Below are positions 48,349 to 57,549 of a stretch of DNA of 64,000 nucleotides, one piece after another. The DNA comes from an uncultured Eubacteriales bacterium (GTDB lineage: Bacteria; Acidobacteriota; Aminicenantia; Aminicenantales; Saccharicenantaceae). Each line of letters starts with the position of its first letter. Position 1 is the first letter of the stretch. The stretch is taken from assembly GCA_964422165.1 (NCBI GenBank), contig CAYQZX010000052.1, positions 92,663 to 156,662 on the forward strand. Direction: 5' to 3'. The translations under genes were made by a program, and so were the position numbers. The notes beneath the pieces are model-generated. The model was not told the DNA's origin and did not search any database. It saw nothing but the letters and a program-made list of their open reading frames with translations.

Positions 48349-48864
48349 ATGATGGTAAATCTTACAGAAGAAGAAAAAAAAGTTCTGGAGATTCTGGATA
48401 AGCTGGGTTTAAGCTGGGAAAGACTGGAACACCCGCCTGTCTTCACCCTTGAGGAATCAAGCCTTTACTGGCAAGGCTGGGGTGGGGCGCATTGTAAAAA
48501 TCTTTTTTTAAGGAACTATAAAGGTAACAGACATTATCTTCTTATTGTCAGAGGTGATAAAAAAGTTGACCTGAAAAAACTGACCCGCCAGCTGGAAGAA
48601 GACCGTTTGAGTTTAGCTTCGGAAGAAAGGTTGAAGAAATATCTGGGAGTTAACTCTGGAGCGGTTTCACCCTTTGGTTTAATCAATGATCCAGCAAAAG
48701 AGGTCAGGGTTATTCTGGACCGAGATTTACTTGAAGAGTCGGAACTCAATTTTCATCCCAATGTTAATACTTCTACTGTTAGAATAAGCCGGAATGATTT
48801 TTTGAAATTTCTGGAATGGACTGGCCATGAGTTTCGCTTCCTGCCAATCGGGAATGGCGGATAG
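48349..48864 (+). CDS. YbaK/ProXp-ala (PrdX-like) aminoacyl-tRNA deacylase
   Basis: EHPPVFT, HCKNLFL, RLSLAS, GAVSPFG, FHPNVN; start approximate. Confidence 0.85.
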   Translation: MMVNLTEEEKKVLEILDKLGLSWERLEHPPVFTLEESSLYWQGWGGAHCKNLFLRNYKGNRHYLLIVRGDKKVDLKKLTRQLEEDRLSLASEERLKKYLGVNSGAVSPFGLINDPAKEVRVILDRDLLEESELNFHPNVNTSTVRISRNDFLKFLEWTGHEFRFLPIGNGG

Positions 48865-48891
48865 CTACTTTATAATTCAGGAGAACTGATC

Positions 48892-50049
48892 ATGAAATAT
48901 CATCGACCAGATTTGTTCAAACCAGCTTCTTTTGTGGTGGCAGTGGTTTTTCTATTTTTACCGCTTTTTTCTCAGCTGACAGAGAGACTGACCCAGGTGG
49001 TTGAGCCCAAAATCAGCCCGGCCCTCCGGTATTATATGTGCCAGCGGGCGGCCGAGCCAATAGTGATTGACGGGCGTCTGGATGAGCCATCATGGAAGAA
49101 AGTTTACTGGTCAGAGGACTTTGTTGATATTGAAGGAAAAAACAAACCCAGGCCCCGTTTCCGAACCAGGGTAAAAATGCTCTGGGATGATGATTATTTT
49201 TATATCGGAGCCGAACTGGAAGAGCCCCATGTCTGGGCTACTTTAACCGAAAGGGATTCCATAATCTACCTGGATAATGATTTTGAGGTTTTCATAGACC
49301 CAACCGGCGATACCCATAATTATTACGAGCTGGAAATAAACGCCCTGAACACCGTCTGGGATCTGTATCTGGTAAAGCCTTACCGGGATGGTGGCCCGGC
49401 CATTCACAGCTGGGATATCCAAAATCTTAAAACTGCGGTTTACGTTGATGGCACCCTGAACAACCCAGCCGATAAAGACCAGGGCTGGTCGGTGGAAATA
49501 GCTATACCCTGGGAAGTGTTAAAGGAGGCAGCTCCTTTTAAGAAGAAGCCTGAACCAGGTGATTTGTGGCGGGTAAATTTCTCTCGAGTTGAATACCGGG
49601 TGGCGGTGGAAAATGGCCGTTACGTAAAAATGAAGGACAGAATTACCGGTCGGGACCTGCCAGAAGATAACTGGACCTGGGCCCCTCAAGGGGTGGTAAA
49701 CATTCATTATCCCGAGATGTGGGGTTATGTTCAGTTCTCAGCGACCGAAGCGGGAAAGAAAAAAGAATACTGTGATGAAGATCCGGAAGCAGAAGTCAAA
49801 TGGGCTCTGCGACAGATTTATTACCGACAGAGAAACTTTTACAGTCAGACTAAAAGATTTGCCCAGAACCTTCAAGAACTGAAGCTCGACCGGGAAAAAA
49901 GCTTGAGGGTGAAAGGCTGGGACTACCCGCCGGTGATTGAAGCAACTTCCAGTTTGTTCGAAGCTTACTACCAGAATAAAAAAGGAGAGAAACTTCATAT
50001 CCGGCAGGACGGGCTTATCTGGAAAAGTCCGACCGACTCAGGGGAGTAA
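48892..50049 (+). CDS. Carbohydrate-binding family 9-like (DOMON-like) secreted protein
   Basis: IDGRLDEPSW, VKMLWDD.YFY, DFEVFIDP, YYELEIN, WSVEIAIPW, WRVNFSR. Confidence 0.8.
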   Translation: MKYHRPDLFKPASFVVAVVFLFLPLFSQLTERLTQVVEPKISPALRYYMCQRAAEPIVIDGRLDEPSWKKVYWSEDFVDIEGKNKPRPRFRTRVKMLWDDDYFYIGAELEEPHVWATLTERDSIIYLDNDFEVFIDPTGDTHNYYELEINALNTVWDLYLVKPYRDGGPAIHSWDIQNLKTAVYVDGTLNNPADKDQGWSVEIAIPWEVLKEAAPFKKKPEPGDLWRVNFSRVEYRVAVENGRYVKMKDRITGRDLPEDNWTWAPQGVVNIHYPEMWGYVQFSATEAGKKKEYCDEDPEAEVKWALRQIYYRQRNFYSQTKRFAQNLQELKLDREKSLRVKGWDYPPVIEATSSLFEAYYQNKKGEKLHIRQDGLIWKSPTDSGE

Positions 50050-50052
50050 AAC

Positions 50053-51261
50053 ATGGTTAGAAAGAATTTCTGCGTGATTTTATTTTTTCTGATTCTTTGG
50101 ACATTAAACCCGCTGCTGGCCGAGACCAGACTTCCGGCTGCCCGTCCAGAAGAGGTGGGAATGGATTTGAGAAGGTTATCGCTCGTTGATAACCTGATAA
50201 ACGAAGCCATTGAGAGGAAAGATTTTCCAGGAGCGGTTTTACTGGTCAGCCGTCACGGTAAAGTTGTCTGGCGGAAAGCTTATGGCCACAGCCAGCTGGT
50301 GCCAGAATCAGCTCCCATGAGCCCGGACCTGATTTTTGACCTGGCTTCCTTAACCAAACCAGTAGCTACAGCTACTGCCATAATGATCCTGGTAGAAAGG
50401 GGCAGAATTAGACTCTGGGATAGAGTCGCCACCTACATTCCGGAATTTACCCCCTACCTTGAAGAAAAAGGAGTTGCCGGAGAGGATGCCCGGTTGTTTC
50501 ATCTTCTGACTCATACTTCCGGTTTGCCTCCTTATACTGACCCGAAAGAAGTAGCTTCTAAATACGGTGACCCCTGCTCTACCGAGGATCTGGTCCGACA
50601 CATCGGGGGCTTGAGGAAAGAGTCCCGACCAGGAGAAAAATTCACCTACAGCTGCCTGAATTACATTATCCTAGCCCAAATTGTAAAACTGGTAACTGGA
50701 GAAAATCTGAGCGAGTTTTGCCGGCAGAATATCTTTGAACCCCTGCAGATGAGGTCAACTTTTTTCAATCCGCCAGATGAAGTTAAGAAAAAATGTGTGC
50801 CGACTGAGGTCCTGCAGGGTCAACCCCTGAGAGGGGTAGTCCATGACCCCCTGGCTAGACTTCAGGGAGGGATTTCTGGTAATGCCGGTCTTTTCTCTAC
50901 GGCAGATGACCTGGCGGTTTTCTGTCAGATGATGCTTAATAAAGGAGAGTTCCGGGGAAAGAGGATTTTAAGTCCCCTGGCGGTTGAGAGAATGACAGAA
51001 ATTTTCCCCCGACTGGACTTTGCCGGTCGCGGTTTTGGCTGGGACCTGAATTCAGATTATGCCACCGTCAGAGGTGATCTGTTCGGTTATCAGTCCTACG
51101 GTCATTCTGGTTACACAGGTACTTCTATCTGGGTCGACCCGGAGACGGCTACAGCCGTAATCTTTTTAACCAACCGGGTGCATCCTGATGACAAGGGGGA
51201 GATAAAAGCCATGAGAAGCAAGATAGCCAACGTAGTTGCGGCTTCCATCGTTAAAAAATAA
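50053..51261 (+). CDS. Secreted serine hydrolase, beta-lactamase class C / S12 family
   Basis: Signal peptide; FDLASLTK (SxxK), LLTHTSG, YSCLNY, GNAGLFST, GHSGYTG. Confidence 0.88.
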   Translation: MVRKNFCVILFFLILWTLNPLLAETRLPAARPEEVGMDLRRLSLVDNLINEAIERKDFPGAVLLVSRHGKVVWRKAYGHSQLVPESAPMSPDLIFDLASLTKPVATATAIMILVERGRIRLWDRVATYIPEFTPYLEEKGVAGEDARLFHLLTHTSGLPPYTDPKEVASKYGDPCSTEDLVRHIGGLRKESRPGEKFTYSCLNYIILAQIVKLVTGENLSEFCRQNIFEPLQMRSTFFNPPDEVKKKCVPTEVLQGQPLRGVVHDPLARLQGGISGNAGLFSTADDLAVFCQMMLNKGEFRGKRILSPLAVERMTEIFPRLDFAGRGFGWDLNSDYATVRGDLFGYQSYGHSGYTGTSIWVDPETATAVIFLTNRVHPDDKGEIKAMRSKIANVVAASIVKK

Positions 51262-51271
51262 ATTTCTATTT

Positions 51272-51300
51272 TTGAAATTGTTCTGAAAAATTGATATTTT
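51272..51300 (+). promoter_or_regulatory. Putative sigma70 promoter with extended -10
   Basis: TTGAAA-17 nt-TATTTT with TG upstream; same TGATATTTT element as at 23188-23196. Confidence 0.4.
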
Positions 51301-51338
51301 ATTATTAAAAAAAAGCCTGGCTCCAGGAAGGAGGGATA

Positions 51339-51860
51339 ATGAAGCCGATGGATTTTAATTTTGAAGTTAAAGTCAAATCAGCCTATGAAGCTCTTTCTCA
51401 GTCGGTTAATCTGTTCAGAACCTATCTCAAAGACCAGACCCCGGCTTCCGGGTCTGAATACTACAGGGCTAAAAGCCTTCTTAAAGAGGGAAGGCTATTT
51501 TTTGAAGAAGTTTTAAAAGAAGCTAAAAAATTGCTCGGCCCTCTTCCGCCCTATTCCACTCCTGAATATGCTAAGTGGCGAGAAGAAACAGCCAGGGATT
51601 TGAAGTTAGCTCTCGGAGATAAGGTGGATTACGAAGAGGTCAAAAAACTTATTTTTTCTGATTCCTGCCTGCCCAGGCTTTTTACTCCGGATGAGTTGGA
51701 AAATTACTTAAAAAAGTTTTATGAGGACCAGCAAAAAGGTAATCGGAAACTGGAAAACTTAAAATGCCGGATGGCCATCGCCCGGCTTGATGACCTCATC
51801 CAGGAGGCTGAAGAACTTCTCAAGCAAGCCCAGAAAAAACTACGATCTTCACTGGTCTGA
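51339..51860 (+). CDS. Hypothetical helical protein
   Basis: 173-aa ORF with AAGGAGG SD filling the gap between genes; charged helical composition; no motif recognised. Confidence 0.7.
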   Translation: MKPMDFNFEVKVKSAYEALSQSVNLFRTYLKDQTPASGSEYYRAKSLLKEGRLFFEEVLKEAKKLLGPLPPYSTPEYAKWREETARDLKLALGDKVDYEEVKKLIFSDSCLPRLFTPDELENYLKKFYEDQQKGNRKLENLKCRMAIARLDDLIQEAEELLKQAQKKLRSSLV

Positions 51861-51902
51861 TTTTGAGAACGCGGTTAGAATGTTTTGGGCTTATAGTCTT
51901 TT

Positions 51903-52559
51903 TCATTCAAAGACTTTTTTCAGCAGTTCGACTATTTCCAGGGCGTAACCAACTTCGGATAAAGGTATCTTTTTCTGGCTGGCAATTTTGGTGAAGCGAC
52001 CATCCTTGTTGCCATCCCTGGTTACTATTAAATAATCAGCATGAGGGGCCACTGCCTCTATCATCCGCTCGTTATCACTGCCTGGTGCTCCCCGTTTGGA
52101 TTCGCCCCCGAGATGAACGGCAATGATAAAAATCTTATTAGCTTTGCAGTAGTCGATTACTTTTTTGAGTCTGGCTTCTTCAGCTTCAACTGTAAGACCA
52201 GAAGCTCCCATGCCTTTCAAACTGGCTCCTATGGCAAAAATTACCGTCTTAAAAGGCGTTCCCTTTGGGAACCTGGAAAGGTCAGTGTTGACCTCAGCAT
52301 GGAAGCCTGGTGTTGATTCTCGGCCTCCAAGACCAACTCCATCGGCCAGGACCTCAGGGGTTGGGACGTCGCAATAGTCATAACCCAGGCCGGCTTCCTC
52401 CATGATGATGTTCAAAGTGGTGACGTCGGGACTTTGTCCTGCGGAAGTAGTCAGGACAGGCAGGCTGGCTTTGGGTAAAGTCTGGCCCGAGAGTACAAAG
52501 TTAGCTGGCAGCATAAAAACAAGAGACAAAAGAAAGATTGAAAATGTTTTTTTGCTCAT
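51903..52559 (-). CDS. Secreted DUF6305-like protein
   Basis: Signal peptide; TSAGQSPD, IGASLKGMGASG, AVHLGGESKRG, GNKDGRF pattern; GGAG SD. Confidence 0.7.
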   Translation of the reverse strand: MSKKTFSIFLLSLVFMLPANFVLSGQTLPKASLPVLTTSAGQSPDVTTLNIIMEEAGLGYDYCDVPTPEVLADGVGLGGRESTPGFHAEVNTDLSRFPKGTPFKTVIFAIGASLKGMGASGLTVEAEEARLKKVIDYCKANKIFIIAVHLGGESKRGAPGSDNERMIEAVAPHADYLIVTRDGNKDGRFTKIASQKKIPLSEVGYALEIVELLKKVFE

Positions 52560-52585
52560 GCGAAAAATTCTCCTTTTATTTCGTA

Positions 52586-54325
52586 TTATTTACCTTGCTC
52601 AAAAAGAACGTCAATGGCCCGGACGGCTTTTTGCCAGATTTCCGGGTAAGGGGGAAACCGCCGGTTATAGGTTCTCTTTTCAACATCATAATAATAGAGA
52701 TGATTATATTTAACGAAAAGCTGGTCTCCCAGCTCCCACCAGGCTTTGACCACAGTCTGAGCGTTATTCAAACAGAAAGCGGTCAGAAACCGGATAGCTT
52801 CAGCCGGGTTCTTTTTATAGAGTTCCAGGGCTTTTCTGTCTATTTCAGGAATCTGGTCAATAACCGGTTTTTCATACTTCAGCAGGGCTTGCTGAACATC
52901 TTTGATGGCTTCTGAGTAGATAACCTGGACGTGAAAATCCACGTAGTCGAAAGCCCAGCGGGCCGAATCCCGGTTTAAAACCCAGTGGTCTCCAATAGAA
53001 AAAGATTTGGGCAGCTCGGTAACCCCGGCATAGAAAGGCATGTAGCAGGCGGTATCCTGAGAACCAAAAGAAATCCAGACCAGACCGCCGATGGGGTCAG
53101 GCAGCCAGCCCCGGCTCTGGGTGACAGTGGTATATTCTGCCCGGCTGTCGCAGATAGTTCTGGTCTGACGATAATAATTGGGGTTATTGAAAGGGCCACC
53201 TCTGATTCCTTTTGTCGGGTCAAACTGGGTTCCGTAGCTTCTGTCCCTTGTCAGGTTAATGACATCTTCCACCGAAAGTTTACGGTCTGGCTTAACGGAG
53301 AAGGGCAGGTCCATGTTGGGAGTAGATGGGGATAATTTGAGAGAAGGTGCAACCAGGTCAAAAAACCTCCAGAGACGCTGGTACCTTCCTTGAGAACTGA
53401 CGGCACTCTCATTGACCGGGGAGTAGGCTTTTTTCCAGTTGAAGGGTTTCCCGCTTTTGGGGTCATAAAGACCGTTTTCTACCGCGCAGGAGATGACGTT
53501 GGGAGAAGCCATGAAATAATCAGGGTTGCTTAAATCAATTTCGCCAATCCTGGATTCATTAGGGCAAACACTGACATGGTCATCCGGCACTCTCTGGGCA
53601 CACCAGACCGCTCCAGGTTTTCCACTTTGTGGTGTCCAGAGGGGACCGACCGGCATGATTTCGAAAATCCAGACTTCGTTGGGGTCAGCCACCGCCAGCA
53701 TTTCGCCGTTATCATGAAAGCCGTACCCGTATTTTTCAGCCAGCTCACCCATAATTTTGATGGCTTCCCGGGCAGTGGAGGCTCTTTCCATGGCAATAAT
53801 AGTCAGCATGGTGATGTCGAAGGCCGGGGTAGGAGTGGGGTTGTCTAGCTTTTTGACATTGCCAATGGTAGACTCGCCGATAGCCACTTGTTTTTCGTTG
53901 ATGTAGCCAAACATCCCATGATGGTAAGCATAGGTGTAGGGGACCTCAGGGATTTCCAGCCCGGTGAAGTCTTTTTTGTAGAGGTCCCATTTCAGACCTT
54001 CACTCGGCGGCCAGGTTTTAAATTGAGAGATGTGGTATATTTTTCGGGTTGAGCCTGGTTTATTTTTTCTGGCTGGAACATGCCGCCAGGTCCAGTCGCA
54101 CAGGCCGCAATCGCAGGTATGGGTGGTCATGGTTGAGCCGTCAACTGAAGCCAGTTTTCCTACCAGAATGGAAGTACAGTTGTCTGAAGGCCTGACCACT
54201 TCCAGTCCAGGATCTGGTTTTTCAGCCAGGGCAGAAAAAAGCAAAATGCCCACCAATGCTGTCAGACTCAATAGCAGCGGGAAATAGGCTCTGGGGTTAA
54301 AAAGTCCCTTGAATTTTTTCAACAT
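52586..54325 (-). CDS. Secreted C69-family dipeptidase (paralogue 2)
   Basis: Signal/propeptide then NCTSILVGKLASVDGS; INEKQVAIGEST, ERASTAREAI, LPFSVKP. Start placed at ATG 54325 behind GGAGG. Confidence 0.88.
   Translation of the reverse strand: MLKKFKGLFNPRAYFPLLLSLTALVGILLFSALAEKPDPGLEVVRPSDNCTSILVGKLASVDGSTMTTHTCDCGLCDWTWRHVPARKNKPGSTRKIYHISQFKTWPPSEGLKWDLYKKDFTGLEIPEVPYTYAYHHGMFGYINEKQVAIGESTIGNVKKLDNPTPTPAFDITMLTIIAMERASTAREAIKIMGELAEKYGYGFHDNGEMLAVADPNEVWIFEIMPVGPLWTPQSGKPGAVWCAQRVPDDHVSVCPNESRIGEIDLSNPDYFMASPNVISCAVENGLYDPKSGKPFNWKKAYSPVNESAVSSQGRYQRLWRFFDLVAPSLKLSPSTPNMDLPFSVKPDRKLSVEDVINLTRDRSYGTQFDPTKGIRGGPFNNPNYYRQTRTICDSRAEYTTVTQSRGWLPDPIGGLVWISFGSQDTACYMPFYAGVTELPKSFSIGDHWVLNRDSARWAFDYVDFHVQVIYSEAIKDVQQALLKYEKPVIDQIPEIDRKALELYKKNPAEAIRFLTAFCLNNAQTVVKAWWELGDQLFVKYNHLYYYDVEKRTYNRRFPPYPEIWQKAVRAIDVLFEQGK
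53565..53708. repeat. 144-bp near-identical segment, copy 1 (partner 55352-55495)
   Basis: Manual alignment at offset 1787 gives 7 mismatches in 144 bp, no gaps. Confidence 0.85.
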
Positions 54326-54378
54326 TGGCACCTCCAATCAAGCTTTTTTGCTTTAAAAACATTTTATCTCATTTTTAT

Positions 54379-56082
54379 TTATTGAGATTCAAACATAATA
54401 TCAATAATCCGGACGGCTTTTTTCCAGAGGTCCGGAAATTCCATCTTTTTTCTATCTACCGTCCGTTTTTCCGGGTTGTAATAGCTGAGATGATTTAGCC
54501 TGACCAGTAAATCATCACCTAACTGCCACCAGGCCCGAACCACGTTTTCGGCATTGGTCAGACAGAAGGCAGTCAAAAAGTCAGATGCCTTTTCAGGATT
54601 TTTCTGGTAGATTTTGAGTGCTTGCCGGTCAATTTCCGGTAATTGCTTCAGAGCACCGTCTTCCCAGATTTCTTGAGCTTTTCGGATTTCTTCCATAGCC
54701 ACAGAATAGGCAACCTGGGCATGAAAGTCAGCATAATCAAAGGCCCAGCGGGCCGAATTTCGATTTAAGACCCAGTGGTCGCCTACCCCGAAAGAAGCGG
54801 GAAGGGCTTTGACTCCAGCGTAGAAAGGCATATAACAGGAAGTATCCTGAGCTCCCCAGGCAATCCAGACCAATCCACCAATAGGAGCCGGCAGCCAGCT
54901 CCGGCACTGGGTAACGGTAGTGTATTCGGCCCGGCGGTCGCTTATCAGGCGGGCTGAGGTGTCGTAATTCGGGTTCTGGTAGGGGCCGCCTCTTATTCCC
55001 CGGGTGGGATCGAAGAAAGTTCCATAGCCCTTGTCTCTGGTGAGGTTCATTACATCTTTGACCGAAAGCGGTTTATCAGGTTTCACTGAGAAAGGAAAAT
55101 CCATATTGGGCAGAGAGGGTGAGAATCTGGCCGATGGAGCAACCAGGTCAAAAAACCGCCACATCCTGGCCCGGCGGGGGTCATTCCTGGCATTGCCTTC
55201 AACTGGACTGTAGGCTTTTTTCCAGCTGAAAGGTTGACCGCTTTTAGGATCCCAGAAACCGTTCTCAATAGCGCAGGAAATTACATTAGAGGAAGCCATA
55301 AAGTAATCGGGATTATTAAGGTCAATTTCGCCTATTCTGGATTCGTTGGGACAAACACTGACATGGTCATCTGGCACTCTCTGGGCACACCAGACCGCTC
55401 CAGGTTTTCCGCTTTGTGGTGTCCAGAGAGGACCGACCGGCATGATCTCAAAAATCCAGACTTCTTCGGGGTCAGCCACCGCCAGCATTTCGCCGCCATC
55501 TTCACCACCGTAGCCGTACTGTTCTGCTAAAGAACCCATAAGCTTAATGGCTTCCCGGGCTGTCCTGCATCTCTCCATAGCTAAAAGAGTAAGCATGGTG
55601 ATATTAAAAACCGGAGTCTCCGTGGGATTGGAAAGTTTCGGTCGGTTGCCGATGGTGGATTCTCCGATGGCCAGCTGCTGGTCGTTGAGGTAACCGAAAA
55701 CTCCGTGTAGATAGCCGTAGGTATAAGGAACTTCCGGGATTTCCACTCCAGTGAAATGATGTTTGATCAGGTCCCATTTAAGCCCTTGAGAGGGAGGCCA
55801 GGTTCTAGTCTGGGAAATGCGATAAATCTTTCTCATTTCGCCAGGCCGGTGTCTGGCCGGTGGAACGTAGCGCCAGGTCCAATCACAGATTCCGCAGTCG
55901 GCTGTATGAGTAGTCATGGTTGAACCATCAGCTGAAGCTTTTTTCCCTACCAGGATTACTGTACAATTTTCAGTTAGTAATCCCTGGACTTCAGATGTGG
56001 AGGAAGACTGAGATGGTGGATTGATTAACAGAATCGACCAAAAAAGTAACAGGCCAGCCATAATTAATGTTATTTTTTTCAT
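54379..56082 (-). CDS. Secreted C69-family dipeptidase (paralogue 1)
   Basis: Signal/propeptide then NCTVILVGKKASADGS; LNDQQLAIGEST, ERCRTAREAI, FPFSVKP. Confidence 0.88.
   Translation of the reverse strand: MKKITLIMAGLLLFWSILLINPPSQSSSTSEVQGLLTENCTVILVGKKASADGSTMTTHTADCGICDWTWRYVPPARHRPGEMRKIYRISQTRTWPPSQGLKWDLIKHHFTGVEIPEVPYTYGYLHGVFGYLNDQQLAIGESTIGNRPKLSNPTETPVFNITMLTLLAMERCRTAREAIKLMGSLAEQYGYGGEDGGEMLAVADPEEVWIFEIMPVGPLWTPQSGKPGAVWCAQRVPDDHVSVCPNESRIGEIDLNNPDYFMASSNVISCAIENGFWDPKSGQPFSWKKAYSPVEGNARNDPRRARMWRFFDLVAPSARFSPSLPNMDFPFSVKPDKPLSVKDVMNLTRDKGYGTFFDPTRGIRGGPYQNPNYDTSARLISDRRAEYTTVTQCRSWLPAPIGGLVWIAWGAQDTSCYMPFYAGVKALPASFGVGDHWVLNRNSARWAFDYADFHAQVAYSVAMEEIRKAQEIWEDGALKQLPEIDRQALKIYQKNPEKASDFLTAFCLTNAENVVRAWWQLGDDLLVRLNHLSYYNPEKRTVDRKKMEFPDLWKKAVRIIDIMFESQ
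55352..55495. repeat. 144-bp near-identical segment, copy 2 (partner 53565-53708)
   Basis: Same alignment as copy 1. Confidence 0.85.
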
Positions 56083-56111
56083 ATTCGTAACACTCCAGAG
56101 ATTATCTAATT

Positions 56112-56139
56112 CCAGACTGGAACTTAAGTCCGAGTCTGG
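56112..56139 (-). other. Intra-operon stem-loop
   Basis: Minus strand CCAGACTCGGAC-TTAA-GTTCCAGTCTGG, 12-bp stem with one mismatch and one G-U pair; no U-tract. Confidence 0.5.
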
Positions 56140-56178
56140 GGTTCAGGAAAATCTCGAGATTTATCATCTATTAATCTT

Positions 56179-57345
56179 TCAAAATCTTACGATTCTATCT
56201 TTTTCAGCCTCCGCCGGATTGTGAAAATAGAAGCCGGTACCATTTTTTACCAGGTCCGGGTAGCGGGGCACATTTTTGAGGACTAGAGCCCGTTCCGGGT
56301 TTTTTCTCGAATACTGGCGAATTATTTCCAGGCTGACTGAAAGATGCTGGCCCACTCTTTTGTCCAGCGGCCAGCCGGATTCATCATAGGGAACAAAAAG
56401 CTTTTTCCGGCGGGCCAGATTTAGCAGGAACCAGTCTCTGCCGTCCAGAAAAAGCTGTTCGGTTTTGGGTCCAGTTGGCTGGTCCAGGAAAGGTATCGGG
56501 GCTTCCAGAAGGAAGGGCAGAGTATCAGAGTAGTCACCAATTTCTCGATGAGATAATCCCCGGAATTTAACCGGTGAAGATTCAACGTGACTTTCAAAAC
56601 CTTCGGTTGATTTTACAGTCAGCGAAGCCAGAGTGGCCAGGCGCATCGATTTTTCCGGAGCTACAATACAATTGGTTACCGGGAACATAGTTTCAGCCCC
56701 ATGCAGGTCTATGGCCAGGTCGACTCGCTCGTTTCTCAAGAGTTCCATGGCTGCAAAAGTTACCTGTTCCATTAGCAGGCCGTCGGGCCGGCCAGGCCAG
56801 GTTCGGTTGGTATTGCGGATGTCAAGATAAGAAAGCATCTGTTTTTCAGGGTAGTGAATAAAGACATCCGGGTCAGGCCACTGGTCAAGAGGGGAAGCGT
56901 CGCGGTTACCCATCCTGAATTTTTTTTGCCCCCAGGGAGTTTTTACCGAAAAATAAAGGGGATAGCCTTCTCCCGGCCTGGTGTTCAAGCTGGCGCTCCG
57001 GTTGAAATTAGGGATAAGGTAGAGCGTTCCTTTTTCCACTACCGCATTTTCTACCATCAGAGCCACGGCCAACATCCCTTCAGGTTCGTTGGCGTGAGTA
57101 TTGCCCATAATCAAAGCCTGGCCCCCCGGCTCTCTGCCCCGCAGGATAAAAACCAGGGTATCGGCTCGGGTTCCGCCAAGAGGTGGAAAATAGTCACTTA
57201 ACCGCCTGATTTCGGTAACTCCGGGCCCGCAGACAATTTCTGTACGGTAAATTTGATGTTTGAGAAGAGGCCAGCCTCCGACAAGAATTAGAATCATAAA
57301 AATGAAGCTGGTTAAAAGTTTAAATCGAGTGGATGGGGCTTGCAT
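56179..57345 (-). CDS. Succinylglutamate desuccinylase/aspartoacylase-family (M14-like) zinc hydrolase with N-terminal membrane anchor
   Basis: N-terminal TM; GNTHANE (HxxE), NTNRTWPG, DLHGAE, LLEAP. Confidence 0.8.
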   Translation of the reverse strand: MQAPSTRFKLLTSFIFMILILVGGWPLLKHQIYRTEIVCGPGVTEIRRLSDYFPPLGGTRADTLVFILRGREPGGQALIMGNTHANEPEGMLAVALMVENAVVEKGTLYLIPNFNRSASLNTRPGEGYPLYFSVKTPWGQKKFRMGNRDASPLDQWPDPDVFIHYPEKQMLSYLDIRNTNRTWPGRPDGLLMEQVTFAAMELLRNERVDLAIDLHGAETMFPVTNCIVAPEKSMRLATLASLTVKSTEGFESHVESSPVKFRGLSHREIGDYSDTLPFLLEAPIPFLDQPTGPKTEQLFLDGRDWFLLNLARRKKLFVPYDESGWPLDKRVGQHLSVSLEIIRQYSRKNPERALVLKNVPRYPDLVKNGTGFYFHNPAEAEKDRIVRF

Positions 57346-57356
57346 CTTTTTTCCTT

Positions 57357-57518
57357 TTATTTAACCCGTAATAATCTCAGAATAAAGGGTACCAGAGTTA
57401 CCAGATAGAGAATAACCCGGTCGCGGCTTGCTTTTTCCTGTACCAGATTCCTGAGAGTGATGAAAACAAAAAAAGCGCAGAGCAGATAATAGAGGCCCAT
57501 TATAAGCCAGGCTATCAT
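57357..57518 (-). CDS. Small two-TM membrane protein (53 aa), absent from the ORF track
   Basis: Manual translation MIAWLIMGLYYLLCAFFVFITLRNLVQEKASRDRVILYLVTLVPFILRLLRVK*; GAGGGG SD; fills the gap between co-oriented genes. Confidence 0.8.
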   Translation of the reverse strand: MIAWLIMGLYYLLCAFFVFITLRNLVQEKASRDRVILYLVTLVPFILRLLRVK

Positions 57519-57549
57519 TTTTTAATTACCCCTCTTCTGTTTCATTTGG

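Noticed and set aside
50053-51261. Antibiotic-resistance beta-lactamase
   Set aside because: SxxK/YxN-like motifs are shared by S12 amidases and esterases; it has GHSG rather than KTG and no mobile context.
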